This document shows positions 42,836 through 50,641 of a DNA stretch of 50,641 nucleotides, in pieces; position 1 is the stretch's first letter; each line of letters opens with the position of its first letter. The position numbers and the translations under genes are program-made. Source of the DNA: an uncultured Candidatus Saccharibacteria bacterium (GTDB lineage: Bacteria > Patescibacteriota > Minisyncoccia > Phycocordibacterales > VMEP01); contig CAYPVT010000001.1 in NCBI GenBank assembly GCA_964414265.1, positions 1 through 50,641 on the forward strand, read 5' to 3'. The notes beneath the pieces are model-generated. The model had not been told where the DNA came from, did not search any database, and saw only the letters and a program-made list of their open reading frames with translations.

Positions 42836-45583
42836 TTAAATTCCTGTTTGGCGATACTTCTGAGCAATGTGTTCCTCGATTTCTGCACGCGGTGTTCCGT
42901 ATTTTTGATAAGACGCTTCTTTGATTCTTGTGGCAATATTTATATCCCCCTTACTTGGTGAAATTGTTTCAATGTTAAAAGCTCTGGCTGGTTGACCATT
43001 CATAAGCATTTTCACGTAAGCGTTATAATTATCCAAATTCATAATATCTCTTGCAGAAAAAACTGGTGCAAGTTGTTTCTCTAGGAATTCTGCATCTTCA
43101 CTACCAACACGAAATACTGCCATAGAGCCAACGTTGCCAAAAATAGCGTTCTTGGTTTTTTCATCAAGTTGTTTAATAAATTGATGAGCGACGTTAAGTG
43201 ATAGCCTATATTTTCTCGCCTCTGAAAGAATTGTGGAAATTGAATCAGTGGTTATGTTTTGAAACTCATCAATATATAAGTAAAAATCAGCAGGTTTTCC
43301 ACCGACAGTATCAACACGAGAAAGCGCGGCGATAAGAATCTTGCCAACTAAAATAAGCCCGATTAAGTGGGCATTTAAATCCCCCAGCCTTCCTTTAGAC
43401 AAATTAACCAAGAGTATTTTTTTCTCATCCATTATTTGCCTGAAATTAAACGATGATTTTTCTTGCGCAATAACCGGGCGCATAATATCGTTTGATAAAA
43501 ATGGATCAAATTTGCTCGAAATATAAGGAACAAAGTTAGCGAGCGACTGCTCCCCGCTTGTCTTAATCGCATTAGCCCAAAACTGAGTAATCACCGGATT
43601 CTTACAATAAGACAGCTTCATATCACGGAAAGATTTATCAGCCAAAACACGCACAATCTCAAGAAGAGTGCTCCCAGATTCCGGGTGTTCCATAACCAAA
43701 AGGGCAGAGTTTCTAAAGTACTGTTCAAATGCCGGTCCGCCGGCAACCTTCATATCAAACAATTTATTAAAAATTGAAATCAACTCGTTAACCACAAAAG
43801 TTTTCTGCTCTGGGCGAGTTTGATCATACTCCAACATGTTCAAACCCATCACCCTTTCTGTGTAAGCTGGGTCAAAGTAAATAACGTCTTTTTCTCTCTC
43901 GGGTGGAATATTTCCTAAAATATCTTCAATATCAGTTCCGTGTGGGTCTATCATACACACCCCGTGACCCGCCTTAATATTCTGGATAATCATATTCTTC
44001 ATGATTGCGGTCTTACCGGTACCCGTTTGTCCGACAACGTAAAAATGGCGCATTCTATCTTCATCGGTAATAAAAATCTCTTTATTTTCTCCGCGGTGCT
44101 TATTTATTCCAAGAAGTGTTCCGTAGTTTGGAGCATCAAGTGGCGCAGGCGCAGTTGTTGAGCGGGCCTGTTTTAATTGTGGCGCCGACGAAACCTGTTC
44201 TGGAAAATGAAACATTGTGGTGAGTTCTTTTAGGTTAAGTGGCAAAGAATGATCTTGAGAAAATAGTCTGTAAGAAAATTCTTGAAAAAGTTTCAACAGG
44301 TCGTGGCGTTTTAATGGTTTAAAATCAACACCATTTCCTTTAGTATCTGTGAACTGATTAAAAGCCGATTGTAATTCGCCCAAAATTTCTTCAGCACGTA
44401 AAGTTGTCTCTGCGGAAGCGATTACTCGAATGTTTGTGTTAACAATAGTGCTACTAATTTTTTCCGAAACATGCTTTACCGCATCTTCGTCAACAACCTC
44501 CTTCCCGTCAATTTTTTTAGGCACAGGAACACCCATTATGAGTTCCTTAGCAAACCTTCCCACCTCTTGTCCGACGGTGGATGAAATATTTGTTGCTTCA
44601 TCTTTTGGCACTCCTCTTCTTAAATCATCAAGCACTCTTCCGTATCTTTTCAAAAAATAATCACCAACGGGAGAAACTGAAAATTGGATTGCTGCCCCCT
44701 CTCCTTTATTTTTAAGTTTAGAAAAAACGTTAAGAATTACCGGAAGTGGATCATGTTCAAAATCTGCATATGTTTTTATTGGATAAACCTGACTCTTAGT
44801 AAAAGCTCCGTAAGCTCCCAAAGATGCTCCTTTTTCGTTAAAAATATTATAATCATCCTTTACCTCCCTAATTCGAGCATCTTTATATAAACCAAGTAAC
44901 TGTTTTTCTAACAAACCACTCTTATCTTCAGGAACAGAAGCGTAAAAAACTATTTCACTGCTTTGGTTAGACAAAGCAATCTCAAGTGTAAAATAATTCT
45001 TCCCTGGAAAATTATCCCGACCATCAGAAACAGAAAGCATCCCAGCATAAAACTGTTCCATTATCGTAACAATTTCTTTAAAACTTTTTGCCTGCTTTTC
45101 TGCGTCTCCTTCTGGAAGAAGGATTTCATAAAGACGCATATGTACCGCCTTCCAAACCTGTTTGTCTTTTTCTAAATCTGGAACTTTCCCTACACTTTTA
45201 ACATACTGAACAAGTATTCTGTGAAAGTCGTCGGTTATGTGAGGATTATCCATCTTCTCCACAACCGAAATAGTGTTACGAGCCCCTTTTTCAATCAGAA
45301 GACCCAAAAGCTCCTCCATCTGCTTATCGTGCTCTTCCGGCTTCAAATCAAGAACAATACGCTCTACCTCTTGTTCTCCTAGCACTTTCTCATGATGTAA
45401 AATTTCTCGAGCGGGCTTTTCCGAATATTCCCGAATAACTTCTTTTTCGTGATTAACTGGTGCTGATTCTTTGCTAAAAAAAGATTCTTTTTCCTTTTCT
45501 GCAAGACGTTCACGCAAAAAGTTAATCTCCTCTTCGGGATTTACAAATTTTTCATGACTTTCTCCATTAAAGTTTAAAACCAT
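42836..45583 (-). CDS. VirD4/TraG/TraD-like (FtsK-HerA superfamily) P-loop ATPase with a long uncharacterised N-terminal half
   Basis: 915 aa. Walker A VVGQTGTGKT, Walker B-like FYLYIDEFQN. The C-terminal half resembles type IV coupling proteins. About 480 N-terminal aa have no recognised motifs. Confidence 0.65.
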   Translation of the reverse strand: MVLNFNGESHEKFVNPEEEINFLRERLAEKEKESFFSKESAPVNHEKEVIREYSEKPAREILHHEKVLGEQEVERIVLDLKPEEHDKQMEELLGLLIEKGARNTISVVEKMDNPHITDDFHRILVQYVKSVGKVPDLEKDKQVWKAVHMRLYEILLPEGDAEKQAKSFKEIVTIMEQFYAGMLSVSDGRDNFPGKNYFTLEIALSNQSSEIVFYASVPEDKSGLLEKQLLGLYKDARIREVKDDYNIFNEKGASLGAYGAFTKSQVYPIKTYADFEHDPLPVILNVFSKLKNKGEGAAIQFSVSPVGDYFLKRYGRVLDDLRRGVPKDEATNISSTVGQEVGRFAKELIMGVPVPKKIDGKEVVDEDAVKHVSEKISSTIVNTNIRVIASAETTLRAEEILGELQSAFNQFTDTKGNGVDFKPLKRHDLLKLFQEFSYRLFSQDHSLPLNLKELTTMFHFPEQVSSAPQLKQARSTTAPAPLDAPNYGTLLGINKHRGENKEIFITDEDRMRHFYVVGQTGTGKTAIMKNMIIQNIKAGHGVCMIDPHGTDIEDILGNIPPEREKDVIYFDPAYTERVMGLNMLEYDQTRPEQKTFVVNELISIFNKLFDMKVAGGPAFEQYFRNSALLVMEHPESGSTLLEIVRVLADKSFRDMKLSYCKNPVITQFWANAIKTSGEQSLANFVPYISSKFDPFLSNDIMRPVIAQEKSSFNFRQIMDEKKILLVNLSKGRLGDLNAHLIGLILVGKILIAALSRVDTVGGKPADFYLYIDEFQNITTDSISTILSEARKYRLSLNVAHQFIKQLDEKTKNAIFGNVGSMAVFRVGSEDAEFLEKQLAPVFSARDIMNLDNYNAYVKMLMNGQPARAFNIETISPSKGDINIATRIKEASYQKYGTPRAEIEEHIAQKYRQTGI

Positions 45584-45638
45584 TAAGTTTTATGATACCG
45601 CGGATACGAGAAAGTTGGAAGATATTATAAAATATTTA

Positions 45639-46760
45639 TTAAAACTCTTTAACCTTGATTTTACAATCCTCTCGGCAAGTGGACGGCGTTTCTCCTTTAC
45701 TTGGCTGGCACAAACCATTACCACAAGAGGAAACCGTCGAGCAGGAGGTGTCACTTCCGCCAAGCTGGCCCGAACAACTCCATGTCCACAAAGTAGGATT
45801 GCCAATACCGGGAGAGACAACGGACGCTGTACCAGAGTCACAAAGACCTGTTTTTGGTTTTATCATGGTTGGTGTTAACGACGCTGAACCACAAACCCCG
45901 GGTGTAGGAGGACTAACAACAACTGTTATCGTATGTGGTTCACAATTCGTTGACCATACTCCATTATTATCTTGCGCTCTAAAATAAATATTATATATTC
46001 CAGCAACTCCAAAAGCATAATTAAAGTTTAATGAAGTTGAGTTTATTAAGGTCCCCGTCTCACAATTTCCAATTCTCCATTCATAATCAACAACAGTGTC
46101 TCCAGTATCTGGATCGGAAACTGTGCCAGAAAAAGCCAAAAGATTGCTTTCGTAGGCCGTACTGTTATTGGCAGGGCTAAGAATTGAGGTTATTGGAGCT
46201 TGGTTAACGATGTTAACAAAACTCTCAACTCCATAATCAATACCGCTCCAAGAAATCCAACCAACGACGTCAGACCCCCAAGAATATCCCGAGGCGTTTT
46301 TGCCAGAAAAAGTAACGCGATAAGGACTGCCGTCACTTGATACTCCTGATAATTTTATAAAGCCATCCCAACCACCACCATAAGAAAGGGCTCTTGCCCA
46401 ACCAGAAACTCTTCCTGTCAACAAATTAATAGTTGGTGGACAAGAACCAGATGGACACCCTGAAACGTCAGTGGCGTTAAAAGAAATCCAGCCAATGTTA
46501 TCACTCCAGGCATAACCTGAAAAATTTCCATCAGAAATATTTACTCCATAATTAGATGTTCCGCAGGAATTATTGTTCGTACAATTAAAAGAAATCCAGC
46601 CAATGTTATCACTCCAGGCATAACCTGATAGCAAATCTCCGGCACTTGCGTTCGCGACTCCTTTAAAGTCTTGTTGTGGAAAAAGATATCCAAAAACAAA
46701 AAGAATGCCCAAAAGTAGAACGACATTAAAAACCTTTGTTTTATTAATAATATTTATCAT
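45639..46760 (-). CDS. Secreted/surface repeat protein (GYAWSDNIGWISF repeats, PKD-like domain, Cys-rich C-terminus)
   Basis: N-terminal signal anchor. SGYAWSDNIGWISFN occurs twice nearly identically, with degenerate copies besides. VSDPDTGDTVVDYEWRIGN is a PKD-like motif. The C-terminal region is Cys-rich. Confidence 0.7.
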   Translation of the reverse strand: MINIINKTKVFNVVLLLGILFVFGYLFPQQDFKGVANASAGDLLSGYAWSDNIGWISFNCTNNNSCGTSNYGVNISDGNFSGYAWSDNIGWISFNATDVSGCPSGSCPPTINLLTGRVSGWARALSYGGGWDGFIKLSGVSSDGSPYRVTFSGKNASGYSWGSDVVGWISWSGIDYGVESFVNIVNQAPITSILSPANNSTAYESNLLAFSGTVSDPDTGDTVVDYEWRIGNCETGTLINSTSLNFNYAFGVAGIYNIYFRAQDNNGVWSTNCEPHTITVVVSPPTPGVCGSASLTPTMIKPKTGLCDSGTASVVSPGIGNPTLWTWSCSGQLGGSDTSCSTVSSCGNGLCQPSKGETPSTCREDCKIKVKEF

Positions 46761-46821
46761 TATAGATATTAATCATAACACCTAATTGCGCTTGATTTAA
46801 ATACCAATAACTTTTTAACTC

Positions 46822-47592
46822 TTAAACGAGAGTTACTATTTCTGCGCCATCTTTTGTTATAAGCAGAGTATGTTCAAAGTGTGCCGAACGCTTACCGTCT
46901 TCAGTGTGGAAAGTGTATCCGTCTTTTTCGTCTAAAGTCACTTTTGGAGATCCTTCGTTTACAATTGGTTCAAGCGCAATAAGCATTCCCTCTTTAAGAA
47001 TTGGCCCAGTGCCACGTTTCCCATAATTGGGGATATATGGTTCTTCGTGTGGGTGCACACCAAGCGCGTGCCCTCCTAAGATTTTAACAATAGCAAAACC
47101 CTCTGTTTTAACATACCTCTCAATCGCTTCACCAATATCTCCAATCCTTGCCCCTACTTTAACAACGTTCATTCCCCTAGAAAGCGCCTCTCTTGTCACG
47201 TCAATAAGTTTCTTTGCGGTATTATCTATCTCCCCAACTGAAACTGTTATAGCACTATCTACATAAAGACCTTTGTGTGAAAGACCTAAATCAAGACCAA
47301 CAATATCTCCCTCTCTTAAAACCCTATCTTTAGGAATTCCATGCACCACTTCGCTATTTACAGAAATACAGAGAGTCGCTGGATATGGCCTATCGGACCC
47401 ATCAGGAGTATAACCAAGAAAAGCCGGTTTATCCCCTTCTTTGGTAATTAGTTTGTGCGCAATTTGGTCAAGCTCCATCGTTGTAACCCCTGGTTTTGCA
47501 GAAGATGCCAAAACCTGAAGTATTAAACCAAGACGCTTCCCACCCTCACGGACAATCTCATATTCTTCTTCAGTTGTTAGTATTGTTGTCAT
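46822..47592 (-). CDS. map: Type I methionine aminopeptidase
   Basis: Metal ligands laid out as VHGIP, GDIVGLDLG, GHALG, LEPIV, FEHT. Confidence 0.95.
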   Translation of the reverse strand: MTTILTTEEEYEIVREGGKRLGLILQVLASSAKPGVTTMELDQIAHKLITKEGDKPAFLGYTPDGSDRPYPATLCISVNSEVVHGIPKDRVLREGDIVGLDLGLSHKGLYVDSAITVSVGEIDNTAKKLIDVTREALSRGMNVVKVGARIGDIGEAIERYVKTEGFAIVKILGGHALGVHPHEEPYIPNYGKRGTGPILKEGMLIALEPIVNEGSPKVTLDEKDGYTFHTEDGKRSAHFEHTLLITKDGAEIVTLV

Positions 47593-47607
47593 CGTTTTTG
47601 TTTTTTT

Positions 47608-47651
47608 ATTTCCTACAATTATAACGCTATAGCGTTATAATTGTAGGAAAT
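47608..47651. repeat. Perfect 44-bp palindrome between adk and map
   Basis: ATTTCCTACAATTATAACGCTA|TAGCGTTATAATTGTAGGAAAT: 22-nt arms with no loop and no mismatch. Confidence 0.9.
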
Positions 47652-47660
47652 AAAATTAAG

Positions 47661-48260
47661 TTAATCCGAAAATACTCTAGAAATAAGCTCTTTGTGCACA
47701 TCTTCTACAGACTGCTCTCCGTCAATATCAAAAAAATCATGGTTTTTGTTTTGACTTAAATACATGACGGCTGGGACAACATCATTATCAAACCAATTTA
47801 ATCTTTTTTCTATATCCCCATTTTTCTTATCATCATTTCTCCCGCGAGCGAGCAATCTTTTTTCTGATTCCTCTCGAGAAACATTTATGTAAATTACTTT
47901 TGCTCGTCCTCTTTTGTAAAAGTTTAAAGCAGTCTCTAGTATATATGTCTCTGGTAACGTTCTTGGAGTGCCATCAATAAAAATGTGTTCTTCTCCGTTT
48001 AAATTTTCTAGAAAATTATTTGACCACATGGAAATAGCTAAAAACGAAGGTTGTAGTTCTGAATTCTCTGCTATTTCACGTGCTAATTTATTAGAATAAC
48101 CATCCTTAGAGAGGAAGTCCCTAAAACGCTCGCCTGTTTCAAGGTAATAAATCGATCTCTTTTTAGTATCGTGTTCTTCTACGTATTTTTTTAACAATTC
48201 AGCCTGTGTCCCTTTACCACACCCGGAGCGTCCGATAAAAATAAAAGTTTGTAAATCCAT
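47661..48260 (-). CDS. adk: Adenylate kinase (short, lid-less type)
   Basis: P-loop GRSGCGKGTQ, position in the secY-adk-map order, R-rich NMP/LID residues. Confidence 0.85.
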   Translation of the reverse strand: MDLQTFIFIGRSGCGKGTQAELLKKYVEEHDTKKRSIYYLETGERFRDFLSKDGYSNKLAREIAENSELQPSFLAISMWSNNFLENLNGEEHIFIDGTPRTLPETYILETALNFYKRGRAKVIYINVSREESEKRLLARGRNDDKKNGDIEKRLNWFDNDVVPAVMYLSQNKNHDFFDIDGEQSVEDVHKELISRVFSD

Positions 48261-48419
48261 GTTAATTAGCTTTTAGCTTATTAGTTGTTAGCTTCTTAAA
48301 ATCCTATCAAACAATTGAACAGCGGGATAGCTGCGTTAGCTTTTAGCTTATTAGACCAAAATCCTTTACGGTAAGAATTTTTCTAATGAAACTAACCACC
48401 TAAAAGCTAATGCCTAGTT

Positions 48420-49691
48420 TTAATACTCCCTCATTGAAACTTGAGCATCAACTTTCTTAACGAGATCAAGAACAACTGAGACAACGATAAGCAAAGCTGT
48501 CCCACCTATTGCGAGCGTTGAGATGCCAGTTAATCCTTGCATTATTAGAGGCAAAACGGCGATAGCGCCAAGGAATAATGCGCCGAATAGAGTAATGCGA
48601 TTTAAAATCTTAGCGATATATTCAGAGGTTGATTGTCCTGGGCGAACACCTGGGATAAATGCTCCGTTTTTCTGTAGGTTCGTTGCGATTGAATCTGGGT
48701 CAAAAGTGACCGCGGTGTAAAAATAAGTGAAGAGAAAAACAAGAATGAAGTAAAAAATTCCATAAACCCAACTATTTTGAGAGAAAGAAATAAGGAATGA
48801 AGAAATAGCCTGCAATATGCTATTGCTAAATGTTGCCAAAAAAGCGCCAATCATTTGAGGAAAGAGAAGAATTGAGAGGGCAAAAATTATTGGAATAACA
48901 CCAGCCTGATTAATACGTAATGGTAGATAGGTTGAAACCCCGCCAAACATCTTGGTCCCCCGAACACGCTTTGCATATGTTACAGGTAGCGGACGTTCGG
49001 CTTCTGTGACAAACACAACACCGGCGACAATTAACAACCCTGCGACCAAAAATGCGAGGTATAAAGGAATCTGAGAAACATCAAAGGTGAACAACATCTG
49101 TCCAACGCTTGATGGAACACTCGAGACGATACCGGCAAAAATAATAAGGGAAACCCCATTGCCAATTCCGTATTGTGAAATCAATTCTCCGAGCCACATC
49201 AACAAAACGGTACCACCGGTGATAACGATAAGGTTTGTTACTTTACTAAAAAGAGTGAGGTGTTCAATTATTCCCTGTCGCTCAAGCAAAACAAGCAAAC
49301 TAAATCCCTGAATAAGAGCGAGTGGTAATGTAATGAGGCGTGAGTACTGGGTAAATTTGCGACGACCCAAATCACCTTCCTCGTGATACATCTGCTTTAA
49401 ACTAGGCACCATTATCGTCAAAAGCTGCATGATAATAGAGGCCGTAATATACGGACCAACTCCAAGCATTACTATCGACAAGGTCGCCAAACCACCTCCA
49501 GAAAAAATATTAAGCAAACCTAAAAATTGATTACCACTCAAAAACTGAGACAAGCGAAGTGGATCAACGCCAGGAATTGGAATAGCAGCCAAAGCACGGA
49601 AAACAAAAAGCATGAAAACAACAAAAAGGATGCGCTTTAAAAGAGCTCTGTCGCCGATTATGATTTTGAGCTTGTTTATAAATGCGTCCAT
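48420..49691 (-). CDS. secY: Preprotein translocase subunit SecY
   Basis: Ten TM segments. LLKRILFVVFMLFVFR N-terminus and GIGNGVSLIIF plug/hinge motif. ATG 49691 preferred over the overlapping TTG 49721. Confidence 0.93.
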   Translation of the reverse strand: MDAFINKLKIIIGDRALLKRILFVVFMLFVFRALAAIPIPGVDPLRLSQFLSGNQFLGLLNIFSGGGLATLSIVMLGVGPYITASIIMQLLTIMVPSLKQMYHEEGDLGRRKFTQYSRLITLPLALIQGFSLLVLLERQGIIEHLTLFSKVTNLIVITGGTVLLMWLGELISQYGIGNGVSLIIFAGIVSSVPSSVGQMLFTFDVSQIPLYLAFLVAGLLIVAGVVFVTEAERPLPVTYAKRVRGTKMFGGVSTYLPLRINQAGVIPIIFALSILLFPQMIGAFLATFSNSILQAISSFLISFSQNSWVYGIFYFILVFLFTYFYTAVTFDPDSIATNLQKNGAFIPGVRPGQSTSEYIAKILNRITLFGALFLGAIAVLPLIMQGLTGISTLAIGGTALLIVVSVVLDLVKKVDAQVSMREY

Positions 49692-49701
49692 AAAATTTTT
49701 A

Positions 49702-50151
49702 TTATTCAACCTTTCCACCAACCGACTCGACTATTTCTTTCGCCTTTACAGACATTGAGCATCCTTTGAAGGTGAAATTCTTATTGAGTGTTCCTCTCGC
49801 TAAAATCTTGATTGGAGGGAACTTACCTGAAACCTTTCTGATTAGTTTATTTTCTGCGAGAACTTCTGGTGTTATAACAGAGCCAGCTGGAAATACTTTT
49901 TCAAGAAGATCGATGTTTACAACAGCAGTAGTAACAATACTTGAATTAACTGTGCGAGCACGGTTCATACCATGACCACGGCGTTTTGGTAACTTCTTGA
50001 TGGTATCGCGCATTTGTGGGCGTCTCTTGTTACCAGCGCGAGCTTTCTGTCCTTTGGTACCACGACCAGAAGTCTTGCCACGCTTTCCACCGCGCCCAAC
50101 AGCTGGGTTTTTCTTATTTTTAGTATTCCTTTTTACGTTATGAGTTTGCAT
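49702..50151 (-). CDS. rplO: 50S ribosomal protein L15
   Basis: KRVGRGGKRGKTSGRGTKGQKAR-type glycine/basic N-terminus. Position is between rpsE and secY. Confidence 0.94.
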   Translation of the reverse strand: MQTHNVKRNTKNKKNPAVGRGGKRGKTSGRGTKGQKARAGNKRRPQMRDTIKKLPKRRGHGMNRARTVNSSIVTTAVVNIDLLEKVFPAGSVITPEVLAENKLIRKVSGKFPPIKILARGTLNKNFTFKGCSMSVKAKEIVESVGGKVE

Positions 50152-50156
50152 GGTAT

Positions 50157-50641
50157 TTATTTACTAACCTTATCTTCTGTTGCGACCGTGGCATTAGACT
50201 TAACTCCTTTCAACATCTTTAATGCTTTAACCGTTGCCATCGCGATATTAAGAGAGTTCTTACTTCCAGAAAAAACTTTTCCAGTAATGTCTTTCACTCC
50301 AGCTAAATCAGCAACAATACGAACCGCGCTACCCGCGATAAGTCCGCGTGATTTGTTAGGCATTAACATCACTGTTCCGCTTGAGTATTTTGCTTCCACG
50401 TCGTGAGGAATAGACATTTTCTTATTCAAAGAAACCTTGAACATGTTCTTCTTAGCTGAACGCATTGCCTTTTCAATTGCGAGTGCTGTGTCTCCGGCTT
50501 TACCCATTCCAACTCCAACAGTTCCCTTTCGATCACCTGCGACCAACACAACACTAAAACTAAACCTACGGCCACCGGCAACAACACGAGCAACACGACG
50601 AATATTTATTATCTTGTGATCAAATTCAGGCTTAACTCTTT
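50157..50641 (-). CDS. rpsE: 30S ribosomal protein S5 (5' end beyond the window)
   Basis: The frame stays open to the window edge: ...[37 protein letters not shown]... is canonical S5. The 'M' at 50549 in the track is an internal GTG. Confidence 0.93.
   Translation of the reverse strand, partial: [160 protein letters not shown]

Noticed and set aside
45590-45987. 83-110 aa ORFs overlapping the 3' part of the surface-protein gene on both strands
   Set aside because: They overlap a well-supported 373-aa ORF with a signal anchor and repeats. Their composition-driven openness sits in the Cys/Gly/Ser/Thr-rich, relatively GC-rich region.

Overview
This is a 50.6-kb, low-GC bacterial window that looks like a Candidate Phyla Radiation / Patescibacteria (Parcubacteria-like) genome. 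That placement is inferred from four things: an S5-L15 junction with no L30 gene, a type IV pilus/competence cluster without a secretin, tRNA-Ile(UAU), and several tiny GIY-YIG/HNH ORFs. Translation uses the standard code, and RF2 is present.

Core genes:
- pyrG, ftsEX, prfB, gatCA, ligA
- a 12-kb pilMNO-pilB-receiver-pilT-pilC-pilins-pilD-minor pilins cluster plus comFC
- recG, ftsH, smpB-ssrA, infC-rpmI-rplT, ndk, map, adk, secY, rplO, rpsE

Stable RNAs: nine tRNA genes (Gln, Thr x2, Asp, Met x2, Ser, Ile-UAU, Ala) and one tmRNA.

Accessory content:
- A 5.3-kb island with no integrase, bounded by 19-bp direct repeats of the ssrA 3' end. It carries small membrane proteins, an HNH-like protein, a duplicated DsrE-like gene, a Panacea(DUF4065)-toxin pair and a Fic protein.
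- A high-GC NUDIX gene next to tRNA-Ser.
- HNH and GIY-YIG ORFs that read directly into tRNA 5' ends.
- A VirD4/TraG-like ATPase followed by a repeat-rich surface protein.

The most unusual signal is non-coding. At least 15 copies of a conserved three-helix structured element (called 3H here) lie in intergenic DNA, and their helices show many compensatory base changes. Most copies sit inside hairpins that copy or complement the T-arm/acceptor 3' end of the neighbouring tRNA or tmRNA. Others sit inside unique, perfect 18-19 bp stems. A second small family of GC-rich hairpins (CCCGCCCG...CGGGCGGG) appears as clean insertions when compared with uninterrupted homologous sequence elsewhere in the same window.

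All protein functions are assigned from motifs read in the supplied translations. No database search was possible.
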